A stretch of DNA of 38,756 nucleotides, taken from Syntrophaceae bacterium (lineage in GTDB: Bacteria > Desulfobacterota > Syntrophia > Syntrophales > Smithellaceae). How positions within the stretch are numbered: the stretch's first letter is position 1; the number at the start of each line of letters is the position of its first letter. Position numbers and translations under genes: made by a program. Shown here in pieces: positions 33,204 to 38,756 of this stretch. Below the pieces are notes generated by a model. That model saw nothing but the letters and a program-made list of their open reading frames with translations. It was not told where the DNA came from and did no database searches. The stretch is from positions 1-38,756 of the forward strand of contig JAFGKC010000177.1 in the NCBI GenBank assembly GCA_016928765.1, in the 5' to 3' direction.

Positions 33204-33962
33204 TCATTGAGCACGCCAAGCCCAAAGCATACCCACCGGCCGACGCCTGGTTGTAAACCCCTGCCGCCTTAAAAAGGAATCAAGAGCGTCAATATTCTGA
33301 TCTTTTCCCTCACCACGATGAACTTCCATCGCTATCTGGTCAACATGTTGTAAAACCTCAGAGGAACAGGAATATAAAATGTCGTACTCGGCTCCTTCGT
33401 AGTCCATTTTCAATAAAGCGCATTTATCGACATGATTTTCATCAAAAAGTTTTTGCAAGGTAATAGCTTTCACGATTAAAGAATCGGGCGCATTAATTCC
33501 TGTAGGCAACATTGTGGCGCTAGTCGTGAAAGAATCAGCCGCATCAAATGATAATTGAATTTCGCCACAGTGCCCGGCAATCGCCAACGGAAAACATTTT
33601 ATGTTGCGCGAGCAGTTTAAGTCGCGGTGTCGCTCTAGTTGCGTGTAATTGACGGGGATGGGCTCATAGGCAAGAATTGAGGCGTGAGGAAATTTTGCCG
33701 CGGCAAAAACCGTGAAATATCCGACATTTGAACCAATATCAATTACGATGCCGGCAGGAGAAACTCCCCTTTCCAGGCCCGCCAGATAACACTCATCCAA
33801 AAATATTTCTTTGAATGTTTGCATAAGCCTTGGCGGCACTTCCACAAAAAGACCATTGCGGGTTTTAAAAAGTAACGGCTGTCTGACAGTAAAACCAAAT
33901 TTGTATAAAAGATAAAGCCACCAATTTTTAAACGACCTGAATAAGTGATAATATCTAAGCAT
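33204..33962 (-). CDS. FkbM-family SAM-dependent methyltransferase
   Basis: VIDIGSNVGYFTVFAA...AYEPIPVNY...LKMDYEGAEYDIL. Confidence 0.8.
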   Translation of the reverse strand: MLRYYHLFRSFKNWWLYLLYKFGFTVRQPLLFKTRNGLFVEVPPRLMQTFKEIFLDECYLAGLERGVSPAGIVIDIGSNVGYFTVFAAAKFPHASILAYEPIPVNYTQLERHRDLNCSRNIKCFPLAIAGHCGEIQLSFDAADSFTTSATMLPTGINAPDSLIVKAITLQKLFDENHVDKCALLKMDYEGAEYDILYSCSSEVLQHVDQIAMEVHRGEGKDQNIDALDSFLRRQGFTTRRRPVGMLWAWRAQ

Positions 33963-34085
33963 GCCTTGCTACTCCAATTTGTGTATTGATAACATATTGT
34001 CTGAATTATTTAAACATGATTTTTTCTTTTATCTGTGATAGAGATATCAGCAATAAAGAAACAATGGGTAGAATATAAAATAATC

Positions 34086-35027
34086 ATGACTAGTGTTTTA
34101 ATCGGAATTCCCGTCCTGGACAATATAGAAATTACCAGGGCGTGTTTACAATATTTATTTCGCAATACAGAAACAAAACGATTGAATCTTGATGTTTCTG
34201 TTTTGATTATTGATAACGGATCGGAAAATGATATAGAGCAACTTTTAAAAAATGAATTCCATACAGGGGATTTCCCCGTTTATTTTTTAAGAAATCCGCA
34301 AAATTTAGGCGTTGCCCCCGCGTGGAACCAGATACTGAAATTTTCTCCGGCACAAGACGTCAAAAACGATTTTTACTATGATTATTACGTTATATCTAAC
34401 AATGATGCTCTTTTCGGAGCAGACTGGCTGCAGCCAATGGTGGAAGCGATGGAAAGCGATAAAAAAATCGGCTGGATTTCCACAATGGAAAACGGCTCTC
34501 CCGTATTAGATGAATTAATCGAAGCTCATTCATTATCAAAAAAATACCGGGTCGACCCGCAAAAACCTTATACATCAGAACTTATCACCAAAGGGTTGGA
34601 TTCAATATATGAAAAATGGCGCGGGCATGATACTTTTTGCCAATTTATTAAAAATAAAAATCTTCCTCTATTTATTCCTTACAAAAAAGAAGGCCGATCC
34701 GCTGTTTGCTTTATGGTCAGACCAGCCATGATAGAACAAATTGGTTTTTTTGATGAAGACTATTCTCCCATCGGCCTCGCGGAAGATCTGGAATACTTTC
34801 TAAGGATGGAGCAAATATTAATGCCTTCATGGCTAACAAAAGATAGATACCCGGCAGAAGAAAAGTGGAAATGCGGCTTTTGCGGTAAAAGTATTGTTCA
34901 TCACAACTGGTGCAGCACACATCAAGGCCCAAAGTTTGACGGGGAAAAATGGGGAAAAATGAGAGAAAAAAACTGGAAAGCTAAATTCGGCAAATCAAAG
35001 AAATACTACACCGCTTTATTGCCTTAA
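34086..35027 (+). CDS. Glycosyltransferase family 2-like (GT-A fold)
   Basis: VLIGIPVLDNIEITRACLQYL...LIIDNGSENDI...NLGVAPAWNQ...ISNNDALF. The ATG at 34086 is preferred over the GTG at 34035, but no strong SD is present. Confidence 0.65.
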   Translation: MTSVLIGIPVLDNIEITRACLQYLFRNTETKRLNLDVSVLIIDNGSENDIEQLLKNEFHTGDFPVYFLRNPQNLGVAPAWNQILKFSPAQDVKNDFYYDYYVISNNDALFGADWLQPMVEAMESDKKIGWISTMENGSPVLDELIEAHSLSKKYRVDPQKPYTSELITKGLDSIYEKWRGHDTFCQFIKNKNLPLFIPYKKEGRSAVCFMVRPAMIEQIGFFDEDYSPIGLAEDLEYFLRMEQILMPSWLTKDRYPAEEKWKCGFCGKSIVHHNWCSTHQGPKFDGEKWGKMREKNWKAKFGKSKKYYTALLP

Positions 35028-35065
35028 ATAACTACTGATAAACTTTTCTGGAGAAATGCCAATTC

Positions 35066-36232
35066 ATGAAAAAAATCGCTTTTGCCATGGAAAAATTCAG
35101 CCGCTTTGCGGGAGGCGCGGAATCCTACGCTGTCGCTTTGGCAACTACGCTTATAGAAAAAGGCTGGGAGGTACACCTGTATGGAGAAGCTTGGGATAAT
35201 GAACCAAAAGGCGCGCGCTTTCATAAAATACATATTCCTAAGTTTCTCCCGTCGTGGTTAAAACTTCTGTTATTTGCCTGGAAACATAAAAAAATGGTTT
35301 ATCGACAAAATTATGATGTGGTAATGGGATTTGGCAATACAATTTATATGAATGTCTATCAAAGTCATGGCGGGGTTCATCAATTTTCGACCGCAAGAAA
35401 AGTTTATTCAGAAAAAAGTGTTTTACGACGTATTATTAAGCGCATCTTTATTTTAATGTCAGCAAAATATTGGACAAGGGCTTGGATTGAAGCGGCTGCC
35501 TTTCGCATTAAGCCCAGGCCAAAAATTATCGCGATAGCGGATATGATTAAAAAAGATATGGAATTATTTTTCCATATCAGGTCAGAAGAAATTAATGTTA
35601 TATACAACGGCGTCGATGCCAAACGTTTTAATCCGGCAATTCGCCAACGATTGAGAGGACAACTACGCAATCAATGGAATTTAAATGAAAACGAGACCGT
35701 ATTTTTGTTTGTATCCTATGACTTGAAGAAAAAAGGGATTGAGCCTCTAGTTGAAGCCGCGGCGGCTTTAAAAAAATCCGGAAACGGCGCTTTTAAAATT
35801 GTCGTGGTAGGCGGACAACCGTACCGGTCGCTGGAAAAAATCATCGCAAAGCTGGATATCAAAGACAAGCTTGTATTCACTGGGCGGGTTAAATCTGTCG
35901 AAAAAGTTTATGTCAATAGTGATGTTTTTGTTCTTCCCACGTATTATGACGCGTGCTCTTTAGTCGTCATTGAAGCCATGGCCAGCGGCCTGCCTGCTAT
36001 TACTACCGAATACAACGGAGTGGCTGGAATTATTAACGATGGAATAAGCGGATATGTAATTTCTCATCCGCCCGACTCTTCCGAGCTTGCCGATAAAATG
36101 GAGCTACTAATGGATAAATCATGGAGACAAAAAATGTCGGAAGAAGCCTCTCGTACCGGCCAGGAATATTCTACTAAAAAAAACCACAAGGAAATTATGA
36201 GTGTTCTGGAAAATGTGGTATCAAATATTTAG
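35066..36232 (+). CDS. Glycosyltransferase family 4 (GT-B)
   Basis: FLFVSYDLKKKG and DACSLVVIEAMASGLPAITTEYNGVAGII. Confidence 0.88.
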   Translation: MKKIAFAMEKFSRFAGGAESYAVALATTLIEKGWEVHLYGEAWDNEPKGARFHKIHIPKFLPSWLKLLLFAWKHKKMVYRQNYDVVMGFGNTIYMNVYQSHGGVHQFSTARKVYSEKSVLRRIIKRIFILMSAKYWTRAWIEAAAFRIKPRPKIIAIADMIKKDMELFFHIRSEEINVIYNGVDAKRFNPAIRQRLRGQLRNQWNLNENETVFLFVSYDLKKKGIEPLVEAAAALKKSGNGAFKIVVVGGQPYRSLEKIIAKLDIKDKLVFTGRVKSVEKVYVNSDVFVLPTYYDACSLVVIEAMASGLPAITTEYNGVAGIINDGISGYVISHPPDSSELADKMELLMDKSWRQKMSEEASRTGQEYSTKKNHKEIMSVLENVVSNI

Positions 36233-36301
36233 GTTTTAATTATTTATGATTATACTGAAATATAAAAATGAAAAAACTTCAGATATTTCCTAGGTGATAT
36301 T

Positions 36302-36463
36302 CTACAAAAGCTTTGCAATAACTGCAAATTGACGGTACCTTATATCTGCAATAAGCCCAAAAGTTAATGTGTTAAGTATCTTAAATGTTCTTGAAGATGT
36401 TGGGTTAATTCCTTCAATATGCTGGACTTGCCATCCACGCTCCGTAAACATGCGAAGTATGCT
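36302..36463 (-). other. -1 frame continuation of the methyltransferase, entered at an A7 tract (T7 at 36463-36469 on the + strand)
   Basis: The -1 frame reads SILRMFTERGWQVQHIEGINPTSSRTFKILNTLTFGLIADIRYRQFAVIAKLL* with TAG at 36304-36302. The junction aca-aaa-aaa-g is A_AAA_AAA. Eight A residues would give an uninterrupted 213-aa protein. Confidence 0.65.
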
Positions 36464-36942
36464 TTTTTTGTGAAAAAGCGAAGATGAGTAATATCGAGCA
36501 CACCTGAATCATTATACTTCCATTCACCGTTCATCACAAGGTCTTTGAGGACCCTGTAATAGCGTATATTAGGAATTGAGCAAACAATTTTTCCACCAGG
36601 AACGACATAGCGTCTAAGACTTACCAAAAAGGAGAATGGATCAACTAAATGTTCTAGAATATCATTACAAATTATGCAGTCAAAATAGCTTTCGGGAATT
36701 TCATTAAGCTTGGTTATAACATCACCAATAACAACTTTATCAAGAAGATTCATAGCATCCCGCCCATACTTTTCCGATATTTCCATCCCCCATACTTCAC
36801 ATTTTTGGCGTGATTTTATTGAATTGCTGAAGATTCCTGCAGCACATCCTATTTCGAGAATTCTTCGGGCGTCTCGGGGAACAAAACCAATCATTTCTGA
36901 ACGTTGGCTTTTATAATATTCATCTACATTTAAAGGTTCCAT
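36364..36942 (-). CDS. Class I SAM-dependent methyltransferase, 3' end frameshifted (0-frame ORF as in the track)
   Basis: ILEIGCAAGIFS (motif I), DCIICNDILEHL and PGGKIVCSIPN. After ...THLRFFTKK the 0 frame gives a non-homologous tail. The conserved C-terminus is in the -1 frame (see feature 36302-36463). Confidence 0.8.
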   Translation of the reverse strand: MEPLNVDEYYKSQRSEMIGFVPRDARRILEIGCAAGIFSNSIKSRQKCEVWGMEISEKYGRDAMNLLDKVVIGDVITKLNEIPESYFDCIICNDILEHLVDPFSFLVSLRRYVVPGGKIVCSIPNIRYYRVLKDLVMNGEWKYNDSGVLDITHLRFFTKKAYFACLRSVDGKSSILKELTQHLQEHLRYLTH

Positions 36943-37837
36943 ATAAATAATCTTTCAATAAAAACCAGGTTGCTTTGATAAGATTTCGAAACGTCTTTAT
37001 CCTCCAGGGGCGCTTCAAAAAAGAAAATACAAGATATTTTATTCCCTCTACATATTTCTTCTCATTAATAGACGTTACCCCCATGTTCATCTGCGCTTTT
37101 GCCGATTGGGAGATATAAATAACCGGCCAAAGAATTGTTCTTTTCCGCAGCAAAAAGAGATACTTTTTGTAAATCCTTAATTCATTAAAAGACATAAGCC
37201 TTGAAAGCTTACTACTCGTGTTCTCGCCATGCCATCGGTATTCTATAAGGGGTTGATCGATAAAACCTATCATTCCATTATAAGCAATCCTGACAAAAAG
37301 GTCATGTTCTTCACAAACAACAAAACTTTCATCAAAAAGACCGGTCACATCTAAGATGTTACGTCTTATCAGCGTTGATGATGGCGTAATGTAATTTCTC
37401 TTATAAAGATCAACAAAAAGATCTCCTTCTGATCTTCTACCAATGTGGTGCTTTGATATTCTTCTGACAGGCTCACCGGGACCAAATCTTTCTTCCGGCG
37501 TGTAAACCATACAATATTCTGAGTGGTTTTTCAAAAACTCGACTTCAGTCTCGATTTTATGTGGCTTGAATAAATCATCTTGATCTAAAAGCGCTATAAA
37601 ATCACCTCTCGATGAATTGATTCCCGTATTGCGAGCGCCAGATATTCCTCTGTTCTTTTGCTGAATTAAAATTACTGGATATTTTTTTACTAACTCAGCA
37701 CCTTTATCTGTTGAACCATCGTCCACTACAATTATTTCAATAGATGAATAGGTCTGATTCAGAGCACTTTTGATGGCTTCTTCAATATATTTTTCTCCAT
37801 TATAGACTGGGATAATAATGCTAACAAGTGGCTTCAT
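36920..37837 (-). CDS. Glycosyltransferase family 2
   Basis: VSIIIPVYNGEKYIEEAIKSALNQTYSSIEIIVVDDGSTD...LDQDDLF. Its 3' end overlaps the methyltransferase start by 23 nt. Confidence 0.88.
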   Translation of the reverse strand: MKPLVSIIIPVYNGEKYIEEAIKSALNQTYSSIEIIVVDDGSTDKGAELVKKYPVILIQQKNRGISGARNTGINSSRGDFIALLDQDDLFKPHKIETEVEFLKNHSEYCMVYTPEERFGPGEPVRRISKHHIGRRSEGDLFVDLYKRNYITPSSTLIRRNILDVTGLFDESFVVCEEHDLFVRIAYNGMIGFIDQPLIEYRWHGENTSSKLSRLMSFNELRIYKKYLFLLRKRTILWPVIYISQSAKAQMNMGVTSINEKKYVEGIKYLVFSFLKRPWRIKTFRNLIKATWFLLKDYLYGTFKCR

Positions 37838-38025
37838 GGCTTAGTAAAAACTTTTTTTATACTCATTAAAAATGAAAAGCATAAACAAAAATTATAACAC
37901 ATCGGAATAATTTTAATTTTAAAGCTCACTTCTATAAATAGATTCTCGCTAAACCGTCATATATTGGTCTTGCTGGTGACTAAAATTCTTTGCCGCTTCC
38001 ATTAGCATACACACATCATCAATTC

Positions 38026-38756
38026 TTACATTACTTCAAACAAAATCATCTCGCCTGTATCGTAATGATACCACCTTCCCAATTCTTTCAAAGATTTATC
38101 GTACTTCATGATATCTACATTATTATTTGACCATGTTTTTTCTGTCCATAAAAAGTACTTCATGTTCCTTCTTTTCAATTGCCTGATCAATGAATCTTCT
38201 TCCGCAAAAAGCTCCCAAGAGTTACTAAAAGACGACTCATAACACATCACGCCACCGTAATTAATATTGGTATAAAATGATATCCATCTCTGCGTCGCGA
38301 CTGAAGCGGAAACATTTATTGCTCGCTTACTTTCCCCTTCTTGTTTTATTATAAATTCGCTGATTTCCTTATAAACCAGCTTGTCAAAGTGCCTGTATTT
38401 ACTGTTTTTGGGGAAAGTGGAAAGAACCATAATGCATGCCAGGACGATAATCACCAGAAGCCTGTTCACTCTGAATATTCTTCTGGACCACTTAATAATG
38501 AACTCTAATCCAAAACCGGCGAATATCATGGAAGGCAATATAAAAAGAGCAATATAACGCGGCTCCAATACCCAAATATAGAAAATAGAAAAATACAAAA
38601 CAAGCAAAGACGACATAACCAGCAGCGTAAAGTAAAAAATACGGGGGTCTTCTTTTATCTTTCTAAGCATCCCAAAACCTATCAATACCGGAACAAAAAG
38701 AGGATAAAAAAACGTTTCCAATATCCTGTTAATTAACGTTCCTAAAGCAATAATCC
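38026..38756 (-). CDS. Polytopic membrane protein, C-terminal part (possibly GT-C / ArnT-PMT-like glycosyltransferase); 5' end outside window
   Basis: The frame stays open upstream of the TTG at 38721 to the window edge (..IIALGTLINRILETFFYPLF..). There are several TM helices followed by a ~130-aa soluble C-terminal domain. The family assignment rests on architecture only. Confidence 0.55.
   Translation of the reverse strand, partial: IIALGTLINRILETFFYPLFVPVLIGFGMLRKIKEDPRIFYFTLLVMSSLLVLYFSIFYIWVLEPRYIALFILPSMIFAGFGLEFIIKWSRRIFRVNRLLVIIVLACIMVLSTFPKNSKYRHFDKLVYKEISEFIIKQEGESKRAINVSASVATQRWISFYTNINYGGVMCYESSFSNSWELFAEEDSLIRQLKRRNMKYFLWTEKTWSNNNVDIMKYDKSLKELGRWYHYDTGEMILFEVM

Larger units (their letters stand above)
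11316..38756. other. Wzm/Wzt-dependent glycan biosynthesis locus with embedded PAPS-synthesis module (extends beyond window)
   Basis: Contiguous genes for sugar-nucleotide modification, an initiating PGT, about 12 GT domains, 3 methyltransferases, an ATP-grasp enzyme, an ABC-2 exporter and cysD/cysNC/TSUP. Confidence 0.85.

Noticed and set aside
36920-36942. The 23-nt overlap between the GT2 (36920-37837) stop and the methyltransferase start, considered as a sign of mis-annotation.
   Set aside because: Short overlaps are common in tightly coupled operons. Both reading frames show clear family motifs right up to the overlap.

Overview
This 38.8-kb window has two parts. I cannot assign a taxon from the sequence alone.

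LEFT PART (about 1-11.2 kb): anaerobic fatty-acid beta-oxidation and electron-transfer genes. These are the etfB 3' end, etfA, a membrane FeS/CCG oxidoreductase, a crotonase, a thiolase and an acyl-CoA ligase. Also present are gpmI, a DUF559 nuclease-fold gene and a P-loop sulfotransferase-like gene. Most of the larger intergenic gaps here (1173-1381, 3603-4477, 5261-5634, 9441-9680) are largely filled by a mosaic of short GC-rich hairpin repeats. The DUF559 ORF sits inside a hairpin-bounded unit that also occurs nearby in two ORF-less versions of about 200 bp.

RIGHT PART (about 11.3-38.8 kb): a very large Wzm/Wzt (ABC-transporter-dependent) glycan assembly locus. It contains:
- a CapD/PglF-like 4,6-dehydratase and two further SDR enzymes;
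- a small PglC-like phosphoglycosyltransferase packed tightly against a DUF218 gene;
- about 12 glycosyltransferase domains (GT4 x4, GT2 x6, GT8, partial GT-C);
- three methyltransferases and a TupA-like ATP-grasp enzyme;
- a complete embedded PAPS-synthesis module (cysD, fused cysNC and a TSUP anion permease).

This points to a sulfated, methylated surface glycoconjugate. That is an inference from gene content.

FINE-SCALE ANOMALIES I read directly from the sequence:
- The acyl-CoA ligase has a full N-terminus only if it initiates at ATT, which sits behind a good SD.
- A SAM-methyltransferase is split by a frameshift in an A7 tract. That tract is also a formal A_AAA_AAA slippery heptamer.
- An orphan coiled-coil/'SWRITKPLR' tail lies in the -1 frame just after a trifunctional GT8-GT2-methyltransferase.
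- An AT-rich block (about 17-28 kb) sits inside the GC-richer locus.

I saw no rRNA, tRNA, CRISPR array, transposase or integrase.
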